DNA from: Phenylobacterium sp. | Lineage (GTDB): Bacteria > Pseudomonadota > Alphaproteobacteria > Caulobacterales > Caulobacteraceae | Length of the DNA stretch: 64,000 nt | NCBI GenBank assembly: GCA_004799545.1 | Contig: SSMU01000019.1 | Location: forward strand, 151 to 64,150 | Reading direction: 5' to 3' | Shown: in pieces, positions 17,315 through 25,994 of the stretch | How the letters are laid out: every line of letters begins with the position of its first letter | Numbering within the stretch: position 1 is the stretch's first letter | Notes under the pieces: model-generated | Told to the model about the DNA's origin: nothing | Database searches by the model: none | What the model saw: only the letters and a program-made list of their open reading frames with translations | Position numbers and translations under genes: made by a program

Positions 17315-18349
17315 TCAGTTCGCGGCCGGCGGCGGCGGTGGAGGTGGAGGTGGAGGCAGGGCCGCCGGCCTTACATTGGCGGCCGCCATGCTCGCGGCGT
17401 CGGCGAACAGGCGCCCCTGGTCGGCGGTGAAATAGAGCCGCGCGTGGGCGCGGTCGAGGATCACCCGGTGGGCCAGGAAGAAGTCGAGGCCGACTAGGCC
17501 ATCGTAGCCGGACGCGCTCATGTCGGTCACCAGCATCGGCACGTCCGTGGCCTCCTGGCCGGCGATGGCGACGCGGCCGACGGACGCCTCGACCACCGCC
17601 AGCAGGCTGCCGTCGACCACACGCCGCAGCGAGGTCTGCGGACGGACCTTGTCGGGGCTGAGGTCGATCCCGGCCGTCAGGGCTGCGGCGCGGTTGAGGT
17701 GGCTGCGCTGGGCGCCGGTGTCGAACATCAAGTGCATCGCCACGCCGTTGATCATCACCGTGCCGCGCGGCTGGGGCCAAGTGGGGGTGAATGGATCCAG
17801 CGCCAGGGCCGCGACCGGCCCACCGTCCGCCCAGTAGGCGAGTTCGTTCCCTTCGCAGCCCTCGGCCTTCAGGACCCGCACCTTGCCGTGCGCCAGGTCG
17901 AACTCCACGTCGGCGCCGGCGAACATGTTCTGGCCGATGCGACCGGCCGCGCCGACCTCGGCGATCCCACCGCCGATCAGGAAGTCGACGTTGCGCAGAG
18001 TGACGCCGCCCAGGGTCAGCTCGGGCACGGTCGTGACCTGCCAGCCGGTCCCGTTCGGCCCGCCGATGCGCAGGGCGGATGGGACGGGGTGGCCCTTGAG
18101 CCCCAACCCCTGCGCGCTCGCCGCGGTCAGGCCGTTGAAGAAGGCGCCCGTGTCGAGGATCAGGGTGGCGTCCGCGCCGCCGACCTTCGCCGGCACGAGG
18201 ATCTTCTGGGCGACGAGCGAGACCGGCAACTCGATCAGGGGCGTCACATGGCAGGCCGCCTTGGCTTCGGCCACGCCGAATCCCGTGGCGACACCAATCG
18301 CAGCCGCCGCCAGCCGCCCCGCGGCGCGGCGCATCCTGGTGTTCACCAT
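17315..18349 (-). CDS. periplasmic two-domain retropepsin-like (clan AA) aspartic protease with C-terminal poly-proline
   Basis: The N-terminus is signal-peptide-like (MVNTRMRRAAGRLAAAAIGVATGFGVAEAKA). There are two DTG active-site motifs (ATLILDTGAFF and HLMFDTGAQRS). The C-terminus is ...AALPPPPPPPPPPAAN, with 10 Pro codons at 17327-17356. GAGGAGG lies 8 nt before the ATG. Confidence 0.75.
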   Translation of the reverse strand: MVNTRMRRAAGRLAAAAIGVATGFGVAEAKAACHVTPLIELPVSLVAQKILVPAKVGGADATLILDTGAFFNGLTAASAQGLGLKGHPVPSALRIGGPNGTGWQVTTVPELTLGGVTLRNVDFLIGGGIAEVGAAGRIGQNMFAGADVEFDLAHGKVRVLKAEGCEGNELAYWADGGPVAALALDPFTPTWPQPRGTVMINGVAMHLMFDTGAQRSHLNRAAALTAGIDLSPDKVRPQTSLRRVVDGSLLAVVEASVGRVAIAGQEATDVPMLVTDMSASGYDGLVGLDFFLAHRVILDRAHARLYFTADQGRLFADAASMAAANVRPAALPPPPPPPPPPAAN

Positions 18350-18379
18350 CCCTGAGGCCTCCTCGCGACGCGTCGGGGT

Positions 18380-18405
18380 AACGGCTGCGCGGCGAGGCGC
18401 GTTCC
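18380..18405 (-). promoter_or_regulatory. EcfG/SigT-type promoter motif GGAAC-N17-CGTT (minus strand)
   Basis: The plus strand reads AACG(18380-18383)-N17-GTTCC(18401-18405). On the minus strand this is GGAAC-N17-CGTT, 31 nt upstream of the protease ATG (18349). It lies in the 70-nt gap after paralog A. Confidence 0.6.
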
Positions 18406-18419
18406 GGGTCGGCGTCCGC

Positions 18420-19574
18420 CTAGCGGTCGCTGCCGTTCAGGTTCAGCCGGATCGCCACGTGCACCACCCCGCCCTCCACGGGCTCGGCGTCGGACGACCA
18501 GAGGTTCATCCGCATGGTCGCGGCGAGCTTCACGGCCGCCTCGGAGAAGCCCAGGCCGTCGGGATCGGCGCTTTCCGGCGCGCAGTCGGCCAGTGTGCCG
18601 TCCGGGGTCACCAGGCACTTGGCCATGCCCCGTCCGCTGGTCACCCCCTTGGCCGCAGCCTCGGGCGGGAACAGCCTCGGCGCCGTCTCCGGATCGACGC
18701 CGGAGATCCAGGACGGCGCCGTCACCGTCCGGTCCGCCGCTTCGCCGGCGGCCGGGAAGCGGATCGGCACGTCCACCTCGATGGGCGCACCATGCGGGGC
18801 GTATTTCATCACCTCTGGCGAAATGCGGAACTTGGCGGCGAGCTTCACCGCGGCCGGGGCGAAGCCGGCCCCGCCCGGCAGCTCCTTGGACGCCACACAG
18901 CGGACCAGCTCGCCGCTCCGCGCCACCTCGCAATGGGCCACCGCATAGCCCTCCGCCACACCAGCCCGGACGGGGCGCGCCTGCGCCAGGTCGTCGAAGG
19001 ACGGCGCCTGCACCCAGACCGGATGGTTCATCATCACCACGCGGCGCATCTCGGTCGGGTTCTTGCTCAGTTGCAGGTTCCGCACGTCCATCTGGCCGCT
19101 TGTCCCGGCGGCGAGCGCAAGGTCCTGGATGTTCTGCTGGGTGTCCGGCGCCTTGAAGTTGAGCGCGATGTTCATGTTGGCGGCGACGGGCTGGCCATCG
19201 GCGCCCTTCAGAGGCGTCACCTTCAGGGTCGGCTGCAGCTCCAGCGCCGCCGCGCCGAACCCGCGGCCCTGCGGCGTCTCGTAGGCGACGCGGCAGCGCT
19301 CGGCGAGGCCATGGATGTCGACGAAGCAGGTCAACGTCACATGGCCGTTGATCTTGCTCGCCCAAGCGCCGGCCGGCCATACCGAGACGTGCTGCGCGCC
19401 AGGGGCGTCGTCGTCGCTGTCGATGGCCACCGTCGCGTCAGCCGGCGGCGCCACCTTGGGCTGGGCGGTGACGATCAGCGGCGAGAGCGTCTTCGGCGGC
19501 AGCACGGACGGATCGGTCGGCGCGGTCGGCGGGGCCGCGACGGTCGCGGCGGCGGCCAGGAACTCGAGCAGCAT
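18420..19574 (-). CDS. secreted protein with three TonB_C-like modules (paralog A)
   Basis: ATG 19574 follows GAGGTG. Leader MLLEFLAAAATVAAPP, then a Pro-rich linker and three modules, each with a Cys pair (LTCFVDIHGLAERC, AHCEVARSGELVRC, AKCLVTPDGTLADC) and GFG/GFA..AA motifs like the TonB C-terminal domain. Confidence 0.7.
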   Translation of the reverse strand: MLLEFLAAAATVAAPPTAPTDPSVLPPKTLSPLIVTAQPKVAPPADATVAIDSDDDAPGAQHVSVWPAGAWASKINGHVTLTCFVDIHGLAERCRVAYETPQGRGFGAAALELQPTLKVTPLKGADGQPVAANMNIALNFKAPDTQQNIQDLALAAGTSGQMDVRNLQLSKNPTEMRRVVMMNHPVWVQAPSFDDLAQARPVRAGVAEGYAVAHCEVARSGELVRCVASKELPGGAGFAPAAVKLAAKFRISPEVMKYAPHGAPIEVDVPIRFPAAGEAADRTVTAPSWISGVDPETAPRLFPPEAAAKGVTSGRGMAKCLVTPDGTLADCAPESADPDGLGFSEAAVKLAATMRMNLWSSDAEPVEGGVVHVAIRLNLNGSDR

Positions 19575-19585
19575 GGTCACCTCGC

Positions 19586-20731
19586 CTAGTTGGTCGCCGG
19601 ATCGAGATTGAGCCGGATGGCCACGTGCACCACCCCGCCTTCCACCGGCTCGGCGTCGGACGACCACAGGTTCATCCGCATGGTCGAGGCGAGCTTCACG
19701 GCCGCCTCAGAGAACCCCAGGCCGCCGGGATCGGCGCTCTCGGGCGCGCAGTCCGCCAGCGTGCCGTCCGGGGTCACCAGGCACTTCGCCGTGCCCCGGC
19801 CGCTGGTCACCCCCTTGGCGGCCGCCTCCGGCGGGAACAGCTTCGGCGCGGCCTCGGGATCGACACCCGCCACCCAGGCGGGCGCGGTCACCGTGCGGTC
19901 CACCGCGCCGGGCGGCGGCAGGCGGATCGGGATATCCACCTCGATGGGCGCGCCGTGCGGCGCATATTTCATGACCTCGGGCGATATCCGGAATTGGGCG
20001 GCCAGCGTCAGCGCCGCCGTCGCGAAGCCGCGGCCGGTCGGCTCCTCCTTCGAGACGACGCAGCGGGTCAGGTCACCCGTCCGGAGCACCTCGCAGTGAG
20101 CGACGGCGTAGCCCTCCGCCCCGCCGCCGCGCGCCGGATAGGCCTTGGTCAGCTCGTCGAAGTCCGGCGCCTTCACCCAGACCGGATGGTTCATCATCAC
20201 CACGGCCCGCAGGCTGATGGGGTTTTGCCGGACGTCGAGGTCCTGCCACGCCGCGTCGCGGCCCGCCCTGGGATTGGTGGCCTGGATCAGTTGCTGGACG
20301 TTGTCCTGCGGCTTCGGCGCCTTGAAGGTCAGCGCGATGTTCATATTGGCGGCGAGCGGCTGGCCGTCGGCGCCCTTCAGCGGGGTGACCTTCAGGGTCG
20401 GCTGCAGCTCCAGGGCCGCGGCGCCGAAGCCCCGGCCCTGCGGCGTCTCGTAGGCCACCCGGCAGCGCTCGGCCAAGCCGTGGGCATCGACGAAGCAGGT
20501 GAGCGTCACATGGCCGTCGATCTTGGCCGCCCAGGCGCCGGCCGGCCAGACTGAGACGTGCTGCGCGCCGGGCGCGTCGTCGTCGCTGTCGATGGCCACC
20601 GTCGCGTCGGCCGGCGGCGCCGCCTTCGGCTGGGCGGTGACGATCAGCGGCGAGACCGTCTTCGGCGGCAGCTGGGATGGATCGGTCGGCGCTGTGGCGG
20701 TCGCGGCGACGGTGAGGATTTCGAGCAGCAT
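19586..20731 (-). CDS. secreted protein with three TonB_C-like modules (paralog B)
   Basis: 381 aa. It is nearly identical to paralog A in module 1 and module 3 and is separated from A by 11 nt. Confidence 0.7.
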   Translation of the reverse strand: MLLEILTVAATATAPTDPSQLPPKTVSPLIVTAQPKAAPPADATVAIDSDDDAPGAQHVSVWPAGAWAAKIDGHVTLTCFVDAHGLAERCRVAYETPQGRGFGAAALELQPTLKVTPLKGADGQPLAANMNIALTFKAPKPQDNVQQLIQATNPRAGRDAAWQDLDVRQNPISLRAVVMMNHPVWVKAPDFDELTKAYPARGGGAEGYAVAHCEVLRTGDLTRCVVSKEEPTGRGFATAALTLAAQFRISPEVMKYAPHGAPIEVDIPIRLPPPGAVDRTVTAPAWVAGVDPEAAPKLFPPEAAAKGVTSGRGTAKCLVTPDGTLADCAPESADPGGLGFSEAAVKLASTMRMNLWSSDAEPVEGGVVHVAIRLNLDPATN

Positions 20732-20743
20732 CAGCGGCCCTTG

Positions 20744-21880
20744 CTACCGGGTGGTTGGATCGAGGTTGAGCCGGATGGCCACGTGCACCACCCCGCCCTC
20801 CACCGGTTCGGCGTCGGACGACCAGAGGTTCATGCGCATGGTCGAGGCGAGCTTCACGGCGGCCTCGGAGAACCCCAGGCCATCGGGATCGGCGCTCTCC
20901 GGCGCGCAGGCGGTCATCGAGCCATCGGGGGCCACCACGCACTTGGCGATGCCTCGGCCGCTGGTCACGCCCTTGGCGGCGGCCTCCGGCGGGAACAGCT
21001 TCGGCGCGGCCTCGGGATCGACACCCGCCAGCCAGGAGGGCGCGGTCACCGTGCGGTCGGCGATGGCGGCCCTGGCCGGGAAGCGGATCGGGATGTCGAT
21101 CTCGATCGGATCGCCGTGCGGGGCGTACTGCATCACCGCCGGCGAGACCTTGAAGTCATAGACCAGGTCCATCGCCGCCTTGGCGAAGCCGCGGCCGGCG
21201 GGCAGCTCCTTGGCGACGAAGCACTTCTTCATCACCCCGATGCGCTCCACCTGGCAGTGGACCACCGCATAGCCCTCCTGGCCGTCGCCGCGCGACGGAT
21301 AGGCCCGCGCCAGGTCGTCGAAGCTGGGGGCCTTCACCCACACCGGGTGGCTCATCATGACCACGTGGCGCAGGTCCATGGGATTGCCCTTGACCGAGAC
21401 GCCGGCGCCCACGTCGCCCGCGTGGTTGATGTCGATCTGGGTGTCCGGGGCGCGGAACACCATGGCCAGGTTCATCTCCGCGCCGATCGGCTGGCCGTCG
21501 GAGCCCTTGGCCGGGGTGAGTTTCAGGGTCGGCTGCAGCGCCAGGGCCGCGGCGCCGAACCCCAGCCCCTGCGGCGACTCCCAGGCCACCCGGCAGCGCT
21601 CGGCGAGACCATGGACGTCGACGAAGCAGGTCAGGGTCACCTTGCCGTCGGCGTCGCGCTCGACGGCGGCGGCCGGCCAGACGGTGACCCGCTGGCCGCC
21701 GTCCGGGACGGTGTCGTCGTTGTTGACGCTGAGGGTGATGTCGGCGGGCGGCGGCTTGTTGGCCTGCGGCATCACCACCAGGGGCGAGACCGTCTTTGGC
21801 GGCAGCAGCGAGACCTCGGCCGGAGCCGCTTGCGGCGCTGCGGCGGCGACGACCGCGGCGGCCAGGATCGGCAACAGCAT
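20744..21880 (-). CDS. secreted protein with three TonB_C-like modules (paralog C)
   Basis: 378 aa. The leader is MLLPILAAAVVAAAAP and the architecture is the same. It is more diverged, except for the last module (..GFSEAAVKLASTMRMNLWSSDAEPVEGGVVHVAIRLNL). It is separated from B by 12 nt, and GGGAGGGGGG precedes the ATG. Confidence 0.7.
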   Translation of the reverse strand: MLLPILAAAVVAAAAPQAAPAEVSLLPPKTVSPLVVMPQANKPPPADITLSVNNDDTVPDGGQRVTVWPAAAVERDADGKVTLTCFVDVHGLAERCRVAWESPQGLGFGAAALALQPTLKLTPAKGSDGQPIGAEMNLAMVFRAPDTQIDINHAGDVGAGVSVKGNPMDLRHVVMMSHPVWVKAPSFDDLARAYPSRGDGQEGYAVVHCQVERIGVMKKCFVAKELPAGRGFAKAAMDLVYDFKVSPAVMQYAPHGDPIEIDIPIRFPARAAIADRTVTAPSWLAGVDPEAAPKLFPPEAAAKGVTSGRGIAKCVVAPDGSMTACAPESADPDGLGFSEAAVKLASTMRMNLWSSDAEPVEGGVVHVAIRLNLDPTTR

Positions 21881-21948
21881 GGGCGGATCCCCCCTCCCTC
21901 AAGATGTTGAAGGCGAACTTGGCACGCGCGCTGCCCTTGCGGAAGGCT

Positions 21949-22821
21949 TCAAACCGTCGCGACCAGCTTGCGGTAGAGGTGCCAGGTGGCGTGGCCCAGC
22001 ACCGGCATGACGAAGATCAGCCCGACCAGCGCCGGGAGCGAGCCCAAGAGCAGGCCGCCGGCCACGATCAGGCCCCACAGGCCCAGGGTCCGCGGGTTCT
22101 CGCGAACCGCCTTCAGCGAGGTGGCGATGGCGGTCCCCATGCCCACGTCGCGGTCGAGCAGCAGCGGGAAGGAGACCACGCTGATCGCCAACGCCGCCAC
22201 TGCGAAGACGAAGCCCACCGCCGTCCCCACCCCGATCATCGCCCAGCCGGCCGGGGTCTCGAAGACCGCCCGCAGGAAGGCTCCGATCGAGGTCGGCGGC
22301 GCGGGCCCCAGGGTCGCGGCGTAGATGCCGTAGGCGGCCGCCAGCCAGGCGAAGAACATCAAGAGCAGGATGGATCCCACGCCCAGGATCGAGCCGATGG
22401 CCGGCGAGTGCAGCACGCTGAACGCCGAGCCCCAGGTCACCTCTTCGCCCGCCTCGCGCCTGCGGCTCACCTCGTAGAGGCCAATCGCCGCCAGCGGGCC
22501 GATCAGGGCGAAGCCCGAGGCCAGGGGGAAGATCATCGGCAGCAGGTCGTAGCTGAACGCCAGCCGGGCCAGCACCAGCCCCGCCACCGGATAGATCACC
22601 GCCAGGAACACCACGTCGTCGCGGGTGGCCCCCAGGTCGGCCACGCCCTTGCGCAGGGCGTCCATGAGGTCGGCGGTGGTGATCTTACGCACCGCGGGCA
22701 CAACCTCGCCCACATGCAGCCTCGGCTTGGCGGTGACCGCCCGGCCGAGGTCCGACCACAGCCAGGCCACCCGCTCGACGACGTATTCCAGGGGATTCTC
22801 GACGTGGTTTTCGGTGGCCAT
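21949..22821 (-). CDS. DUF2189 domain-containing integral membrane protein
   Basis: 290 aa with multiple TM segments. The N-terminus (..VRKITTADLMDALRKGVADLGATRDDVVFLAVIYPVAGLVL..) is typical of DUF2189 proteins. Confidence 0.65.
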   Translation of the reverse strand: MATENHVENPLEYVVERVAWLWSDLGRAVTAKPRLHVGEVVPAVRKITTADLMDALRKGVADLGATRDDVVFLAVIYPVAGLVLARLAFSYDLLPMIFPLASGFALIGPLAAIGLYEVSRRREAGEEVTWGSAFSVLHSPAIGSILGVGSILLLMFFAWLAAAYGIYAATLGPAPPTSIGAFLRAVFETPAGWAMIGVGTAVGFVFAVAALAISVVSFPLLLDRDVGMGTAIATSLKAVRENPRTLGLWGLIVAGGLLLGSLPALVGLIFVMPVLGHATWHLYRKLVATV

Positions 22822-22935
22822 GTTGCACCTTCCGGACCATCGGTCTGGGGCGCGCGGGCCAACCGGGCTCGTGGCTCAGACCACTACCCAACAGGCCCGC
22901 AGGCTAGCACCATCGGCGGCCGATGTCCCCGGCGG

Positions 22936-23721
22936 CTAGCTGTGGCTGCGGACCCAGGCGGCGTCGCGTTTCAGGCGGCGCTGGGCGTCGAGGCGCTTGG
23001 CGAGGCTGTCGTAGGCCTTGCGGACCCGGCGCTCCAGCCGCTGGCCCAGGCTGCCGGCCTCGCGATCCTCGAACCGCTCGTCGCCGATGGTCGAGGCGAA
23101 GTCGGGGTTGGGCAGCACCGGCCAGGGCCTGACCGCCAGGATGTCGAGGCCGTGGCTCCAGGAGCGGTTCATGGCCACGTCCACCGGATAGCGGATCGGC
23201 GCGCCATAGTTCAGGAACCGCTCGGCGCCGGCCTTGGTGATCACATAGGCCAGGTTCGAATTGACCACATTGTGGTGGCGCACCAGCGTCGAGGTCGCGG
23301 TCAGCGGCCGGATCGGGGTGAAGGCCTTGGCGCGGTCGGAGCTGATCCCGAGCTTGATCAGGTCATAGGGCGGCAGGTCTTGGGTGGCGACGGCCTGCAG
23401 CACCGCGGCCAGTTCCGGCGTAGTCAGGAGATCGTCTTCCATGACCAGGGCCTGCGGCAGGCCCTCGGCGACGATCCTCTCCAGCACCCCCCGGTGCGAG
23501 AGGTAGCAGCCCACCTCCGCCGCGTTCAGCGGCTTGGGGGCCCGGCGCAAGCGCCCGTCGGCGTCGACCAGGGCGGCGATCTCGGCCGCCGGCAGCTTCC
23601 GGCCGTCCACGGCGTCGACGAAGGTCGGCGTCAGGCCCGCGCCCTTCAGCTGGTCGGCGGCGATCTTCCGGCGGTCGGGGCTGGTCTTCAGGTTGATGAC
23701 GAAGATCGGGTGCGGCCACAT
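22936..23721 (-). CDS. glycosyltransferase family 25 protein (LPS/LOS biosynthesis type)
   Basis: The start MWPHPIFVINLKTSPDRRKIAADQLKGAGLTPTFVDAVDG is GT25-like. It begins 8 nt after the rpiA stop codon. Confidence 0.8.
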   Translation of the reverse strand: MWPHPIFVINLKTSPDRRKIAADQLKGAGLTPTFVDAVDGRKLPAAEIAALVDADGRLRRAPKPLNAAEVGCYLSHRGVLERIVAEGLPQALVMEDDLLTTPELAAVLQAVATQDLPPYDLIKLGISSDRAKAFTPIRPLTATSTLVRHHNVVNSNLAYVITKAGAERFLNYGAPIRYPVDVAMNRSWSHGLDILAVRPWPVLPNPDFASTIGDERFEDREAGSLGQRLERRVRKAYDSLAKRLDAQRRLKRDAAWVRSHS

Positions 23722-23729
23722 CGTAGGCG

Positions 23730-24416
23730 TCAGGGCTCCAGCCGCAGCACGCCGTCGGCCGTGCCCACCAGCGCCAGGTCCGCGAGATCGAGGAACAGGC
23801 CATGGTCGACGACGCCGGTGACGCTCTTCAACGCCGCGGCCAGCACCGCCGGCTCCTCGATCCGCCCGCAGGCCGCGTCATAGATCAGGTTGCCGCCATC
23901 GGTGCGCACCGGCTGGCCGTCGCGGACGCGGAGGCGCGGCGCGGCGCCGATGTCGCACTCCCCCAGGGCGTCGCAGATCCGCAGCGCCGTGGTCTTGTGC
24001 CCGAAGGCCACCACCTCGATCGGCAGGGGAAACTGGCCGAGCCTCGGCACCCGCTTGGCCGCATCAGCGATCACCACGCAGTGGCGCGAGGCCTCCCAGA
24101 CCAGCTTCTCGCGCAACAGGGCCGCGCCGCCGCCCTTGATCAGTGACAGGCCCGGTCCGATCTCGTCGGCGCCGTCGACGGTGAGGTCGATTTCGCCGGT
24201 GTCGCCCAGCTCGGCGACCGTCAGGCCGAGGCTGGTGGCCAGCTCCGCGGTGGCCGTCGAGGTGGCGACGCAGGTGACGCCCAGCTTACGCTCGGCCAGG
24301 GCGCGCACGAACCAGGCGGCGGTCGAGCCGGTGCCGAGGCCGACCAGCATGCCGGGCTCGACGAGGCCCGCGGCCGCCTCGCCCGCAGCCCGCTTCTGGG
24401 TGTCGGCGTCGCTCAC
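23730..24416 (-). CDS. rpiA: ribose-5-phosphate isomerase A
   Basis: ..[19 protein letters not shown]...[23 protein letters not shown].. are RpiA motifs. GTG start 24416 overlaps the glmU stop codon (GTGA). Confidence 0.85.
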   Translation of the reverse strand: MSDADTQKRAAGEAAAGLVEPGMLVGLGTGSTAAWFVRALAERKLGVTCVATSTATAELATSLGLTVAELGDTGEIDLTVDGADEIGPGLSLIKGGGAALLREKLVWEASRHCVVIADAAKRVPRLGQFPLPIEVVAFGHKTTALRICDALGECDIGAAPRLRVRDGQPVRTDGGNLIYDAACGRIEEPAVLAAALKSVTGVVDHGLFLDLADLALVGTADGVLRLEP

Positions 24417-25771
24417 TTTTTGCCCCGCGCCGCCCGCTCGGCGAGCTTGCGCTCGCGGAACCGCGCCGCCCAGCCGGGCTTCTCGGCCTGCACGCCGCGC
24501 TCCAGGGCCAGCGCGTCGGCCGCCACGTCCTGGGTGATCACCGAGCCGGAGCCGGTGTAGGCCCCCGCCCCGATCGCCACCGGCGCCACCAGCGAGGAGT
24601 TGGAGCCCACGAAGGCGCCGGCGCCGATGTGGGTGTCCCATTTGTCGAAGCCGTCGTAGTTGCAGAAGATGGTGCCGGCCCCGATGTTGGCCCCCGGCCC
24701 CACCGTGCCATCGCCCAGGTAGCTCAGGTGGTTGGCCTTGGCGCCCTTGCCGACCGCGACCTTCTTCACCTCGACGAAGTTGCCGATGTGGGCCTCCTCG
24801 CCGATGTCGGCGCCGGGCCGCAGCCGCGCGTAAGGACCGATCAGGGCGCCCTCCCGCACCACCGCCCCTTCCAGGTGGCTGAAGGCGCGGATCACGGCGC
24901 CGGTCTCGACGGTGACGCCCGGCGCGAAGACCACGAACTGCTCGATCTGGGCCCCGGCGGCGATCTTGGTGTCCCAGCTGAAGTGGGCGGTCTCCGGCGC
25001 CAGCATGGCCACGCCCTCCGCCAGGAACTGGTCACGCCTGCGTTGCTGGAACACCGCCTCGGCCTGGGAGAGCTGCAGGGGCGTGTCGCAGCCCATCACC
25101 GAGGCTTCCGGGGCGACGTGGGCCAGCACCAGCCGATCGTCGGCCGCCGCGAGGCCGACCACGTCGGTGAGGTAGAACTCGCGCTTGGCGTTGTCGTCCT
25201 TCACCCGGGCCAGCCAGCCAAACAGGGCCGCGCGGTCGGCGACCATCATGCCGGCGTTGCAGGTGCGGACCGTGGCTTCCTCGGGCGTGGCGTCGGCGGC
25301 TTCGACGATGCGCAGCACCTCGCCCTCAGCGCCACGGATCACCCGGCCGTAACGTAGGGGATCGACCGGCTCGAAGGCGATCAGCGCGATGTCGGCGCCT
25401 GCGCCCCGCAGGTCGAACAGCGGCTGCAGGTCGTCGGGCCGCAGCAGGGGCGCGTCCGCGTAGGTGATCAGCACGTCGCCGTCGAAATCGGCCAGGGCCG
25501 CCTTGGCCGCCAGCACCGCGTGGGCCGTGCCGAGCGGCGTCTCCTGCACCGCCACCGCCGCCTCGCCGAGCCGCCCGGCGGCCTGCGCGCGGACCTCGGG
25601 GCTGTGGGTCCCGACCACCACGACGATCCGCTCGCAGCCGATCGCCGCGACGGTGTCGATCATGTGGTCCAGCAGGGCGCGGCCGCCCACCTTGTGCAGC
25701 ACCTTGGGCGTCTTGGACTTCATCCGCGTGCCCTGGCCAGCGGCCAGGATGACGGCGGCGCGGGCGGTCAT
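24413..25771 (-). CDS. glmU: bifunctional UDP-N-acetylglucosamine diphosphorylase / glucosamine-1-phosphate N-acetyltransferase
   Basis: [25 protein letters not shown] plus C-terminal hexapeptide repeats. The product is 452 aa. Confidence 0.95.
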   Translation of the reverse strand: MTARAAVILAAGQGTRMKSKTPKVLHKVGGRALLDHMIDTVAAIGCERIVVVVGTHSPEVRAQAAGRLGEAAVAVQETPLGTAHAVLAAKAALADFDGDVLITYADAPLLRPDDLQPLFDLRGAGADIALIAFEPVDPLRYGRVIRGAEGEVLRIVEAADATPEEATVRTCNAGMMVADRAALFGWLARVKDDNAKREFYLTDVVGLAAADDRLVLAHVAPEASVMGCDTPLQLSQAEAVFQQRRRDQFLAEGVAMLAPETAHFSWDTKIAAGAQIEQFVVFAPGVTVETGAVIRAFSHLEGAVVREGALIGPYARLRPGADIGEEAHIGNFVEVKKVAVGKGAKANHLSYLGDGTVGPGANIGAGTIFCNYDGFDKWDTHIGAGAFVGSNSSLVAPVAIGAGAYTGSGSVITQDVAADALALERGVQAEKPGWAARFRERKLAERAARGKK

Positions 25772-25994
25772 GGCGGGATCACTCCGGGCAAATCAGTCGT
25801 CTCTTCTCCCGCTTAGCAAGCCTTGTGGCCGGGAGCGAGAAGCGGCTTAGAGCCTGTCCCGGTTGGCCCGTTCGGGCCAGCCGGGATTAACAGGCTCGTC
25901 GCTTTCTGGCTGGCGCGCATCCTCGTCGCCAAACCGGTTTCCACTTTGGCGGGATGCGCGCTAGCGTCCCGGCCTTCAGTTCGGGGGAATCTTC

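Larger units (their letters stand above)
18420..21880 (-). repeat. tandem gene triplication (about 1.15-kb unit x3)
   Basis: Three head-to-tail paralogous ORFs. Long, nearly identical nucleotide stretches recur at the 3' end of each unit (compare 18450-18700, 19615-19870 and 20775-21030). Confidence 0.8.
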
